Assembly: GCA_035564055.1 (NCBI GenBank)
Contig: DATMTO010000249.1
Span: 1 to 34,510 of the forward strand
DNA from: Rhodocyclaceae bacterium
Lineage (GTDB): Bacteria > Pseudomonadota > Gammaproteobacteria > Burkholderiales > Rhodocyclaceae
Reading direction: 5' to 3'
Length of the DNA: 34,510 bases
Shown here piece after piece: positions 14,772 to 23,650 of this stretch. Position numbers and translations under genes: made by a program. The notes beneath the pieces were generated by a model. That model worked only from the letters and a program-made list of their open reading frames with translations, searched no databases and was not told where the DNA came from. Positions within the stretch are counted from its first letter, which is position 1; every line of letters starts with the position of its first letter.

Positions 14772-16090
14772 TGTTGCTGTCGCTCGCCCAACTGCTGCTT
14801 CAGGGCCGCCACCCCGAGCATCCCGTCTGCCATACGCTTCACGGCACGCTCCGCTGGCGGGAGTTTTCCGATCGTCTCGGACGTCTGATCGCCTATTTAT
14901 ACGCAGATGCGCGGCAACGCTGGCTGCTCGCCAACGACGATGCCGAAGTATTCGTACTCTGGTTGCTAGCGTTGCTCGCCGCGGGCAAGCAGATCGTCAT
15001 ACCGCCGAACTTCCAGCCCGGTACGCTGGAGCAGCTTGCCATCCGTTGCGATGCGACTGCAGGTAACGTCGATATCGGAACTCTGCCGCTGACAAGCGCC
15101 ATGGCGGAGAACATCGCCGCCGCCAGCATCGAGCTGTATACCTCGGGCAGCAGCGGCGAATCGAAATGCATCATCAAGACGCCAGACCAGCTTGAGCGCG
15201 AAGTCTCCACACTGGAGGCGCAATGGGGCGCAACCACCGGCGCCGCCAGCGTCGTCGCAACTGTTCCCCATCATCACATCTACGGCTTGCTGTTCCGCCT
15301 GCTATGGCCATTGGCCGCCGGCCGGCCTTTCGATACTGTGCAGTGTATCCATCCAGACACACTGCAACAACGAATCGCCCTGTTAGGCGACACCGTCCTC
15401 GTCGCCAGCCCGGCTCAGCTTGCGCGCATGCCGCAATTGATTGAGCTGGAGAAAATCGCCCCGTGGCCTCGGCGGGTCTTCTCCTCCGGCGGGCCCTTGC
15501 CGTTGAGGGCAGCGGAGGCGTTGCGCGGGCACTGCGGCAGCGCCCCGATCGAGGTCTATGGCAGCACCGAAACCGGAGGCATGGCATGGCGCGATCAGAC
15601 CGAGGGGGAGTGGTGGACCCCCTTTCCCGGCATCGCGCTCGAAAGCGAAACGAACGGCGCACTCGTACATTCGCCATTTCTGGCGCCGAACATAGCGCAC
15701 CGGCTTGGGGACGCCATCGAACTGTCGCAGGACGGCCGTTTCAAATTGCTCGGGCGGACGGACCGTATCGTCAAGGTCGAGGAAAAGCGCCTGTCCTTGC
15801 CTGACATGGAATATCGGATGCAGGAACACCCCTGGGTCGCGCAGGCTGCAGCGGTCCTTCTCAGCGGCGTGCGTCAAAGCATCGGGATGGCCGTCGCGCT
15901 GACCGCCGAAGGAAAAACCGCGCTTACCCTGCGCGGACGGCAGGATATGCGGGCCCAATTGCGCGAGCATCTGGCGCAGTATTTCGACGCAGTCCTGCTA
16001 CCCCGCTATTGGCGCTATCTCGACGCGCTGCCGTACACGCCGCAGGGGAAGCTGCCCGCTGCTGCATTACTGACGCTGTTTGCCGAATGA
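14771..16090 (+). CDS. AMP-dependent synthetase/ligase; starter-acid adenylating enzyme (ApeH-like)
   Basis: The adenylation core motifs are LYTSGSSGESK, YGSTETGG and GRTDRIVKVEEKRLSL. The ATG at 14771 shares 1 nt with the upstream TGA (TGATG). Confidence 0.85.
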   Translation: MLLSLAQLLLQGRHPEHPVCHTLHGTLRWREFSDRLGRLIAYLYADARQRWLLANDDAEVFVLWLLALLAAGKQIVIPPNFQPGTLEQLAIRCDATAGNVDIGTLPLTSAMAENIAAASIELYTSGSSGESKCIIKTPDQLEREVSTLEAQWGATTGAASVVATVPHHHIYGLLFRLLWPLAAGRPFDTVQCIHPDTLQQRIALLGDTVLVASPAQLARMPQLIELEKIAPWPRRVFSSGGPLPLRAAEALRGHCGSAPIEVYGSTETGGMAWRDQTEGEWWTPFPGIALESETNGALVHSPFLAPNIAHRLGDAIELSQDGRFKLLGRTDRIVKVEEKRLSLPDMEYRMQEHPWVAQAAAVLLSGVRQSIGMAVALTAEGKTALTLRGRQDMRAQLREHLAQYFDAVLLPRYWRYLDALPYTPQGKLPAAALLTLFAE

Positions 16091-16449
16091 ACACCCTGCT
16101 GCCCGAAGTGCTCGCCATTCACGCAGACGGTACCGACCGTCTCGTACTGTCACTGCACGTCCAGCCCGCGCTCGAATATTTCGAAGGGCACTTCGCGGGA
16201 CTGCCGCTGTTGCCGGGCGTCGTGCAGGTGGATTGGGCGATGCGACTCGGCAGGCGGCATCTCCCGGTATGTGGCGATTTTTTCTCGCTCGACAACCTCA
16301 AGTTCCAGGATATGATTTTCCCGGGTGCCAAGGTTGCGCTCGCCCTTGAATGGCACGCGGCCAACGGCCGGCTAAGCTTCGACTATCGGCAGGGCGACCA
16401 GCCGCTTTCGTCAGGCCGAATCTGTTTCGTCGCCGGAGAGATCGCATGA
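16087..16449 (+). CDS. Hot-dog fold 3-hydroxyacyl-ACP dehydratase (ApeI-like)
   Basis: 120 aa from the ATGA-overlapped ATG at 16087. It has the FabA/FabZ-type motif FEGHFAGLPLLPGVVQVDW. Confidence 0.8.
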   Translation: MNTLLPEVLAIHADGTDRLVLSLHVQPALEYFEGHFAGLPLLPGVVQVDWAMRLGRRHLPVCGDFFSLDNLKFQDMIFPGAKVALALEWHAANGRLSFDYRQGDQPLSSGRICFVAGEIA

Positions 16450-17198
16450 GCTATTCTCCTTGCGCCCTGATCCCCATCTATAACCACAAAGACAGTATTG
16501 TCCGGACCGTGGCACAGTTGCGCGCCCACCGCCTGCCCATCATCATAGTTGACGACGGCAGCGAGGCGGCAACCCAGTCTGTTCTCGCCAAGCTGGTTGC
16601 GACGCATCCCGATATCCACCTGTTCCGGCTGCCGCAAAACGGCGGCAAAGGCGCGGCCGTCATGCATGGCATGCGTCAGGCCCTTGCGCTCGGTTACTCC
16701 CACGCCTTGCAGATCGACGCCGACGGACAGCACGACACTGATGACGTACCCAAATTCCTTGCCGCCGGCGCGGCCGCGCCTGAGGCCGTGATCTGCGGCA
16801 AACCGATCTACGATGCGTCCGTTCCGAAAGGACGTCTCTACGGTCGGTACATTACCCACTTCTGGGTCTGGATCGAAACGCTGTCGTTCGCCATTGGCGA
16901 TTCGATGTGCGGCTTTCGCCTTTATCCGCTCCGCGCAAGCTGTGCGCTGATCGACGCAGCCGACATTCCCAAGCGTATGGATTTTGATATTTCCATCGTC
17001 GTCCGCCTCGCTTGGCGCGGCCTGATTTTCATCAATATCCCGACACGCGTGACCTATCCTGCAGACGGGATTTCGCATTTCGATATGCTACGCGACAACA
17101 TACGCATCACAAAGATGCATACGGGCCTGTTCTTCGGCATGCTGCCGCGTTTACCCGTGTTGCTGTACCGCAAGTTTTCACGGGCCTCGGGCGCATGA
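16446..17198 (+). CDS. Family 2 glycosyltransferase (ApeJ-like)
   Basis: The sequence has ALIPIYNHKDSI, IIIVDDGSEAAT and the DxD-like QIDADGQHD. The start forms an ATGA overlap. Confidence 0.85.
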   Translation: MSYSPCALIPIYNHKDSIVRTVAQLRAHRLPIIIVDDGSEAATQSVLAKLVATHPDIHLFRLPQNGGKGAAVMHGMRQALALGYSHALQIDADGQHDTDDVPKFLAAGAAAPEAVICGKPIYDASVPKGRLYGRYITHFWVWIETLSFAIGDSMCGFRLYPLRASCALIDAADIPKRMDFDISIVVRLAWRGLIFINIPTRVTYPADGISHFDMLRDNIRITKMHTGLFFGMLPRLPVLLYRKFSRASGA

Positions 17199-18154
17199 GC
17201 GCGCAAGCCCACTGGTCACGACTGGCGGAGCGCGGCAGCGGCCTGGGGCTGCGCTTCGTCTTCGTATGCCAGCGCCTTCTGGGGCGACGCGTAACGCGTA
17301 CCCTGCTTTATCCCATCGTGCTGTATTTCTTCCTGACGGCCGCAACGGCACGCGAAGCGTCGCGCAGCTATCTGCGACAACTGAAGGCCTCGCGCCGACC
17401 GGATCTGTCGCTAGGCTGGGCAAGCAGCTTCCGGCATTTCTACGCTTTTGCTGCCTCGGGCCTGGACAAGCTCGTCGCCTGGTCAGGCCGGCTCGATCAT
17501 GACAGTGTGATCTTCCCGCAGCGCGCGGCCTTCGAGGCCTTACTCGCATCGGGCAAAGGGGCGGTGCTAATCGGCGCGCATCTGGGCAACCTTGAAATGA
17601 CGCGCGCGCTGGCCAGCGACAGACGCATCGCCAAGATCAACGCCGTCGTCTATACCGACCATGCGCAACGATTCAGCCGCACGCTGGAACATGCCAACGC
17701 AAACTTCGGAGCAAACCTGATTCAAATATCGAGTCTAGGTCCCGATACCGCCATTCTGCTTCAGGAAAAAATTGATCGGGGCGAACTCATCGTCATCGTG
17801 GGGGATCGTACGCCGCCGGGCGATGTTTTGCGGGAGGGTGGCCGCATCATCGAAGCCGAATTTCTCGGCCGGAAAGCGCCTTTTGCCGTCGGCCCCTGGA
17901 TTCTGGCAAGCTTGCTGAATTGCCCGGTATATCTGTTTTTCTGCCTGCCGCAGGACGACGGCTACTGCCTGCATTTCGAACCCTTTGCCGAGAAGATCGA
18001 CCTGCCACGCAAGAGCAGGCAGGCTGCACTGGATGGCTATGTGCAGAGATATGCCGACCGTCTTGCCGATTACTGCGCCATCGCTCCATTGCAATGGTTC
18101 AACTTTTTTGATTACTGGAAATCCGGCCGTAGCACAGCCACGACATCATCATGA
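17195..18154 (+). CDS. LpxL/HtrB-family (lipid A late) acyltransferase-like protein
   Basis: 319 aa from the ATGA-overlapped ATG. An N-terminal TM helix is present (LLYPIVLYFFLTA). The sequence has the H-x-G-N-x-E catalytic-type motif GAHLGNLEM, and also VGDRTPPG. It lies inside the operon between the GT2 and the ammonia-lyase. Confidence 0.7.
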   Translation: MSAQAHWSRLAERGSGLGLRFVFVCQRLLGRRVTRTLLYPIVLYFFLTAATAREASRSYLRQLKASRRPDLSLGWASSFRHFYAFAASGLDKLVAWSGRLDHDSVIFPQRAAFEALLASGKGAVLIGAHLGNLEMTRALASDRRIAKINAVVYTDHAQRFSRTLEHANANFGANLIQISSLGPDTAILLQEKIDRGELIVIVGDRTPPGDVLREGGRIIEAEFLGRKAPFAVGPWILASLLNCPVYLFFCLPQDDGYCLHFEPFAEKIDLPRKSRQAALDGYVQRYADRLADYCAIAPLQWFNFFDYWKSGRSTATTSS

Positions 18155-19713
18155 ACACTCGTGACCGCATGACTCACTCCATCGAGATCGGCGCCCGCCG
18201 CCTGAGCATAGAAGATGTGCTTCAGGTCGCCCGCCAACAGGGCAGCGTCAACCTTTCGCAAAGTCCGAATTTCCAGTCGCGCATCCGCAAGAGCGCAGCC
18301 TATCTCGAACGACTGCTTACCGACCAAGGTACAGTGTATGGCGTCAATACCGGCTACGGCGACTCCTGCACGGTGACGGTGCCGCCCGAGCTCGTCGCCG
18401 AACTGCCGCATCACCTGGTGCGCTACCACGGCTGCGGCCTTGGCGAATATCTCGACGATGAGGCCACGCTGGCCGTCCTCGTCTGCCGCCTCAACTCGCT
18501 GTCGCAAGGCTACTCCGGTGTGCGCCCCTTGTTGCTTGAACAACTGACCGCGCTGATCAACCATCGTGTCCTGCCTTTCATTCCCGAGGAAGGCTCGGTC
18601 GGTGCCAGCGGCGATCTGACGCCGCTATCCTATGTCGCCGCCGCGTTGATCGGCGAACGGGATGTGCGCCTCGGCGAGGAGCGGTTGAATGCAGCGGAGG
18701 CGCTTTCCCGTATCGGCCGCACGCCATTGCGGCTCGCGCCCAAGGAGGGGCTTGCCGTCATGAACGGAACCGCCGTCATGACCGGCCTCGCCTGCCTGGC
18801 CTGGAAGCGCGCCGACTATCTGACGCGCCTGTGTTCCCGTCTGACCGCGCTGGCTTCGATCGCCATGCGCGGCAATCGCGGCCATTTCGATCCTCGTCTG
18901 TTCGCCGCCAAGCCGCACGCTGGCCAGAACGAAAGCGCAGCCTGGATCTACGGCGACCTGTGTGGCACCGCCGGAGAAGATGAAATAATTCGCCTTCAGG
19001 ATCGCTACTCGGTGCGTTGCGCGCCGCACGTGATCGGGGTGGCCCGTGACGCATTGACCTGGATGCGCCGCGATATCGAGAACGAGCTCAATAGCGCCAA
19101 CGACAATCCGCTGATCGATGGCGAGGCTGAATTGCTGATGCACGGCGGCCACTTCTACGGCGGTCATATCGCCTTCGCCATGGATGGCCTGAAGACAGCT
19201 GTCGCGAACCTCGCCGATCTGATGGATCGCCAGCTTGCCCTGCTCGTCGACAACAAATACAACCACGGTCTGCCGCAGAATTTGTCAGGCGCCACTGGCC
19301 CTCGCTCCGCCATCAACCACGGCTTCAAGGCGGTGCAGATCGGCGCTTCTGCCTGGACCGCCGAAGCGCTCAAGCTGACTATGCCGGCCAGCGTCTTTTC
19401 GCGCTCGACCGAATGTCACAATCAGGATAAGGTCAGCATGGGCACGATCTCCGCTCGTGACTGCCTGCGTGTGCTGACGCTGACCGAGCAGGTTGCAGCG
19501 GCACTGAGCATGGCCGCGATCCAGGCCGTGAAGCTGCGCCAGCAGCTGCCGGACGCAACCCCGGCCCAGCTGAGCGCAGACGTATCGGGATTCATCGACT
19601 CTCTGGAGGATGTCTCACCCTTCCTGGCAGAAGACCGCGTACTCGAGGGCGAACTGCGCCACATCGCAGCGTTGATCCGCAACGAACATTGGGATCTTTA
19701 CGTCCATGCATAA
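18151..19713 (+). CDS. MIO-dependent aromatic amino acid/histidine ammonia-lyase (HAL/PAL/TAL family)
   Basis: 520 aa. The MIO-forming triad Ala-Ser-Gly occurs in GSVGASGDLTPLSYVAAAL. Family motifs GVNTGYGDS, NDNPLI and GGHFYGGHIA are present. The start forms an ATGA overlap. Substrate is not assignable from sequence alone (see findings). Confidence 0.9.
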   Translation: MNTRDRMTHSIEIGARRLSIEDVLQVARQQGSVNLSQSPNFQSRIRKSAAYLERLLTDQGTVYGVNTGYGDSCTVTVPPELVAELPHHLVRYHGCGLGEYLDDEATLAVLVCRLNSLSQGYSGVRPLLLEQLTALINHRVLPFIPEEGSVGASGDLTPLSYVAAALIGERDVRLGEERLNAAEALSRIGRTPLRLAPKEGLAVMNGTAVMTGLACLAWKRADYLTRLCSRLTALASIAMRGNRGHFDPRLFAAKPHAGQNESAAWIYGDLCGTAGEDEIIRLQDRYSVRCAPHVIGVARDALTWMRRDIENELNSANDNPLIDGEAELLMHGGHFYGGHIAFAMDGLKTAVANLADLMDRQLALLVDNKYNHGLPQNLSGATGPRSAINHGFKAVQIGASAWTAEALKLTMPASVFSRSTECHNQDKVSMGTISARDCLRVLTLTEQVAAALSMAAIQAVKLRQQLPDATPAQLSADVSGFIDSLEDVSPFLAEDRVLEGELRHIAALIRNEHWDLYVHA

Positions 19714-20134
19714 GCTTACCGTCTGCGTCGAAATCGAAGTTCCCTTCCACGACGTGGACGCCATGCAGGTCGCGTGGCACGGGCACTACGTCAAGTATTT
19801 CGAGCTGGCCCGCTGTGCGCTGTTACGCAGCTTCGACTACGACTATCCGCAGATGCAGGCGTCGGGTTATCTGTGGCCTGTCGTCGAATGCGAGCTTAAG
19901 TACATGCGCCCGGCACGCTACGGCCAGCGCCTGCTGGTCGAGGCCACGCTGATCGAATACGAAAACCGCCTGCGCATTGCCTACGCGATTCGCTGCGCCG
20001 ACAGCGACGAGCAATTGACCAAGGGCAAGACCACGCAACTTGCCATCGAGGCTGCCACCATGTCGCTGCAATTCGTTTCGCCACCCGTCGTCGTCGCCAA
20101 TGTGGAGGCTGCATGCGCGCGCTTGTCCGTGTAA
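19706..20134 (+). CDS. 4HBT/YbgC-type hot-dog acyl thioesterase (ApeK-like)
   Basis: 142 aa. The N-terminal catalytic region is EIEVPFHDVDAMQVAWHGHYVKYFE, with an Asp in the YbgC/4HBT position. It overlaps the upstream gene by 8 nt. Confidence 0.8.
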   Translation: MHKLTVCVEIEVPFHDVDAMQVAWHGHYVKYFELARCALLRSFDYDYPQMQASGYLWPVVECELKYMRPARYGQRLLVEATLIEYENRLRIAYAIRCADSDEQLTKGKTTQLAIEAATMSLQFVSPPVVVANVEAACARLSV

Positions 20135-20742
20135 TCTCGGCTTGCCAGCTGTTTATTTGCGCTCAAGTCCACGCGCAGTCGGACGACCTGCTGACGCGCA
20201 TCGCTGCGCAACTCGACAAGCATGCCGTCGTGCGCGCTGAGTTCGCGCAAAGCAAACAGATCAGCGGCGTCAAACGGCCGCTGCAGACCAGCGGGCAGTT
20301 GATCTTCGCACGCCAGTACGGCGTGCTGTGGCAGATCGATAAGCCCTACAAGGTCAGTTATATCCTCAGCGAAGAGAAGATCGTCGAAATTACTGCCGAC
20401 GGCGGCCGCAAGGAACGTCTGGCGCGCGACCTGCCCGGTCTGGCGCAAGTCGGTCGCGTGTTCCGGGCAATGCTCGGCGCCAACACCAGCGCACTACGCG
20501 AGCACTTCGACATAGAGGCCAAGGGCGAAGCCGGCAACTGGTCGCTGACCCTGAATCCTCGGCAAGCGCAAATGGCCCAGTTCATCGAACAAATAGATAT
20601 CGGCGGCGGTGCTTTCGTCGTCGCCATCCGGATCCAGGAAAGGGGGGGCGACGCAACCCAGATCAAATTCCGCAACAGCAACGGCGCCGATACGCTTTCG
20701 GAAAGCGAGCGACAACTGTTCGGCGGCAGCGGCAAGCAATGA
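20113..20742 (+). CDS. LolA-like outer-membrane lipoprotein carrier family protein (ApeL-like)
   Basis: The signal peptide is MRALVRVISACQLFICAQVHA/QS. LolA-like strands include FAQSKQISGVKRPLQTSGQLIFARQYGVLWQIDKPY. With this ATG it overlaps the upstream gene by 22 nt, so the start is somewhat uncertain. Confidence 0.7.
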   Translation: MRALVRVISACQLFICAQVHAQSDDLLTRIAAQLDKHAVVRAEFAQSKQISGVKRPLQTSGQLIFARQYGVLWQIDKPYKVSYILSEEKIVEITADGGRKERLARDLPGLAQVGRVFRAMLGANTSALREHFDIEAKGEAGNWSLTLNPRQAQMAQFIEQIDIGGGAFVVAIRIQERGGDATQIKFRNSNGADTLSESERQLFGGSGKQ

Positions 20743-23096
20743 AGGGGTTCTGGCAGACATGGCAGCCGCGTCACGGCGTCGTCATCTGGGCCCTGCTGGC
20801 GGCCGTACTGGTCATAGCCTCGTGCTGGCGCTATTCTGCCGGCCTGCCGCTACAGACAAATCTGCTCGCCCTGCTGCCGTCAACGGAACGTAATCCTGTT
20901 GCGGAGAACGCCGTCAACACACTGGCTTCGACAGCAGGCGATCGTGTGATCTTTTTGGTAGGGCATACTGACTTTGAACAGGCTGCCGCCGCTGCTCGGA
21001 AATTTGCCCAATTCTTGGCGCAGGACAAGGCATTCAGCCAGGTAACTGCGGAAGTTCCGGCCGTGAATCTGCGCGCCTTGACCGGACTTTATGCGTCGCA
21101 CCGCTACACACTTCTGAGTTCCGAGGACAGACAACTACTGCAAAGCGGCGGCGCCGATATGCCGGCGCGGCTGCAGCGCAAACTGTATGCGCCCTTCCAG
21201 TTCGGTCTGACGCTGCCGCTAGCGCAGGACCCGTTCGGTCTGGCGGACCAGTGGTTGGCAAGCCTGCCGCTGCGCAGCTTCAAGCTCGAGCCCGATAGCG
21301 GGCTGCTGGTCCGCCACACCGACAGCCAACACTGGGTGCTGGTGACCGCCCAGCTATCCGGTTCGGCCTATGACGGGCGCATTCAAAACGAGGCCAGTCA
21401 GGCCATTACCAAAGCCGAGGCGGAGTTTGCTGGGCAAAACGTCTCGTTGCTACGCACTGGCACGCTGTTCTACGCGCATGCCGCGCGCGCGCAGGGCGAA
21501 CGGGAAGCCAACTGGATCGGCGCCGGCTCCCTGCTGGGCATGCTGTTGCTCCTGTACCGGGTGTTCCGCTCCGTACGACCGCTTGTGCTCGGGCTGCTGT
21601 CGGTCGCTTTCGGCATCGGCACGGCGCTGCTCGGGGTCGTCTGCATGCACGGCGAGATTCATCTGATTACCCTGGTCTTCGGTGCGTCGCTGATCGGCGA
21701 GGCCGTCGATTATTCGGTGCAATATTTCGCCGCACACATGGGGGCCGGCGAGGACTGGGAGCCAATGGCCGGCTTGCGTCGTATCGCTGCCGGTCTTTGC
21801 GTGGCGCTGCTCACCAGCCTGCTCGGTTATGCGGTGCTGCTGTTCGCCCCGTTCCCGGCACTGCACCAGATCGCCTTGTTCGCCATGTTTGGCCTGACTT
21901 CGGCCTGGTTGACGGTCTTTTTATTGCTGCCGGCGTGCCTGCGCCAGCCCAGCCGCCGCAATCCCGATGAGGCAGTGGCGACGCCCCAGCGGTGGCTGCA
22001 CACCTGGCAGGAGGTGATGACACCCAAGCGCAGCATCTTGCTCTGCGGCGTGCTGCTGCTTTTGTCCATCCCCGGCTGGCTGCGCCTTTCGGGCGATGAC
22101 GATATCCGCCAATTGATCACGCGCCCGCCAGAACTCAACGAACAGGAAAGCCGTATCCGGGAACTGACCGGATTCGCCAACAGCAGCCAGTTCTTCGTCA
22201 GCGAAGGCACCACGCCAGAAGCCCTGCTCCAAGCCGAAGAGGCGCTGGGCACGAGACTGGAGACGGCTCGAACGCGCGGCGATATCACGGGCTATCAGGC
22301 CGTATCGGCCTTTGTTCCATCGGCTCGGCGACAGGCGGAAAACTACGCGCTGCTGCTGCAACAGCTCTTTTCTCCGCCACAAAAACTGCGCCGCTGGTTC
22401 GATGAAGCAGGTCTTGAAGATACAGTCGCCACCGATCAGGCCAACGCCTTCAAGCTGGCCAAAGACCAGCAATTGACCGTAGCCGAATGGCTGCAGGCGC
22501 CCTTGTCCACGCCATTCCGTTATCTGTGGATAGGCGAGACTGCGCAAGGTTATGCAGCCATCGTCATGCCTCAGGGCGTACGCGACGCGACGACGCTGAG
22601 CCGACTTGCCGAAGGCCTGCCGGGCATTACCTATGTCGACAAGGCGGGCAGCGTCAGTGCCCTGTTCCGGGAATATCGCAAGTGGGGTGCGATCTGGCTG
22701 GGCGGCGCATTGGTACTCGTGTTCGCGGTCTTGCGCCTGCGCTACGGCTGGCGTGACGCCACGCTGGTGTTCGTACCGACGCTACTTTCGTTCGCCGTGA
22801 CCTTGGCCATATTCGGCTGGATCGGGCGCCCCCTGACACTCTTCAATCTCATGGGGATGATGCTGCTGCTCGGCATCGGCGTGAATTATTCGGTCTTTCT
22901 GCGCGAAGGCGGCGTCAATGCAGCCGCCACGCTCGCCGGCGTCGGCCTTTCCGCAGGCACCACACTGCTCTCGTTCGGTCTGCTCGCCTTTAGTAGTATG
23001 CCGGCGCTGGCGGGCTTCGGCATGACCTTGTTGACCGGCATCGCAATCGCCGTGCTGCTGTCGCCGCTCGGCTACTCGAATCGGAGCGCGACATGA
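20739..23096 (+). CDS. MMPL/RND-superfamily exporter (ApeM-like)
   Basis: 785 aa with two blocks of ~6 hydrophobic helices separated by large hydrophilic loops. The start forms an ATGA overlap. Confidence 0.85.
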   Translation: MKGFWQTWQPRHGVVIWALLAAVLVIASCWRYSAGLPLQTNLLALLPSTERNPVAENAVNTLASTAGDRVIFLVGHTDFEQAAAAARKFAQFLAQDKAFSQVTAEVPAVNLRALTGLYASHRYTLLSSEDRQLLQSGGADMPARLQRKLYAPFQFGLTLPLAQDPFGLADQWLASLPLRSFKLEPDSGLLVRHTDSQHWVLVTAQLSGSAYDGRIQNEASQAITKAEAEFAGQNVSLLRTGTLFYAHAARAQGEREANWIGAGSLLGMLLLLYRVFRSVRPLVLGLLSVAFGIGTALLGVVCMHGEIHLITLVFGASLIGEAVDYSVQYFAAHMGAGEDWEPMAGLRRIAAGLCVALLTSLLGYAVLLFAPFPALHQIALFAMFGLTSAWLTVFLLLPACLRQPSRRNPDEAVATPQRWLHTWQEVMTPKRSILLCGVLLLLSIPGWLRLSGDDDIRQLITRPPELNEQESRIRELTGFANSSQFFVSEGTTPEALLQAEEALGTRLETARTRGDITGYQAVSAFVPSARRQAENYALLLQQLFSPPQKLRRWFDEAGLEDTVATDQANAFKLAKDQQLTVAEWLQAPLSTPFRYLWIGETAQGYAAIVMPQGVRDATTLSRLAEGLPGITYVDKAGSVSALFREYRKWGAIWLGGALVLVFAVLRLRYGWRDATLVFVPTLLSFAVTLAIFGWIGRPLTLFNLMGMMLLLGIGVNYSVFLREGGVNAAATLAGVGLSAGTTLLSFGLLAFSSMPALAGFGMTLLTGIAIAVLLSPLGYSNRSAT

Positions 23097-23650
23097 AGGG
23101 CTTGCTGAACTCGCTCGCCGGCTTGTTGCTCGCCGCATGCGTCGCACCGAACTCCGGCTGCGCGCACATGCCCGGCATTGGCCAGTACTGCCTTCAGCCG
23201 ACCACGTCTGCACCGGCATTCGCGGTGCGCCAGCAAGTCAGCGCCAGCTTCAGGGATCAGCGCGAAATGCTGATCGCGGATATAGAGAATCAGCCCGAAG
23301 CCCTCAATTTCGTCGGTCTGACCCCCTTTGGTCTCACCGTCTTCCAGGTGAACTACGACAATCACACGGCACATGCGGTCCGCCTGCCCGATTCGCGCCT
23401 GTCGCCGGAGCTCATGCTCGGGATGCTGCAACTAGCCTTATGGCCGGCCGATGCAGTACAACGCGGCCTCGGCAACGGGGCCGAAGTGCAGGACAGCCCG
23501 GGAGTGCGCCGGATCGTCGTCAACAGCCAGCCGGTGATGGAACTGCATCACGACGACTCGCCGCCGCCCTTTCGCCGCATGCGGATCGACTGGCCCGCAC
23601 TGGACATGACGCTCGACATCCGGGCATTGGCAGAACAGGACTCACCATGA
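23093..23650 (+). CDS. DUF3261-like lipoprotein (ApeN-like)
   Basis: The lipobox is LLAAC (MKGLLNSLAGLLLAACV). 185 aa. The gene sits between the exporter and the KS, with ATGA overlaps on both sides. The family name is inferred from position and memory. Confidence 0.65.
   Translation: MKGLLNSLAGLLLAACVAPNSGCAHMPGIGQYCLQPTTSAPAFAVRQQVSASFRDQREMLIADIENQPEALNFVGLTPFGLTVFQVNYDNHTAHAVRLPDSRLSPELMLGMLQLALWPADAVQRGLGNGAEVQDSPGVRRIVVNSQPVMELHHDDSPPPFRRMRIDWPALDMTLDIRALAEQDSP

Noticed and set aside
23137-23646. The 170-codon N-terminal extension of the ApeO-like KS ORF (ORF track 23137-24834, 565 aa). Similar upstream extensions occur at 12853, 14172, 14729, 16009, 16350, 17012, 27056 and 29344.
   Set aside because: The extensions overlap the preceding, well-supported genes in another frame and have no homology-like features. 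In each case an internal ATG forms an ATGA/TGATG junction or has a good SD, and the protein then begins where family members normally begin.
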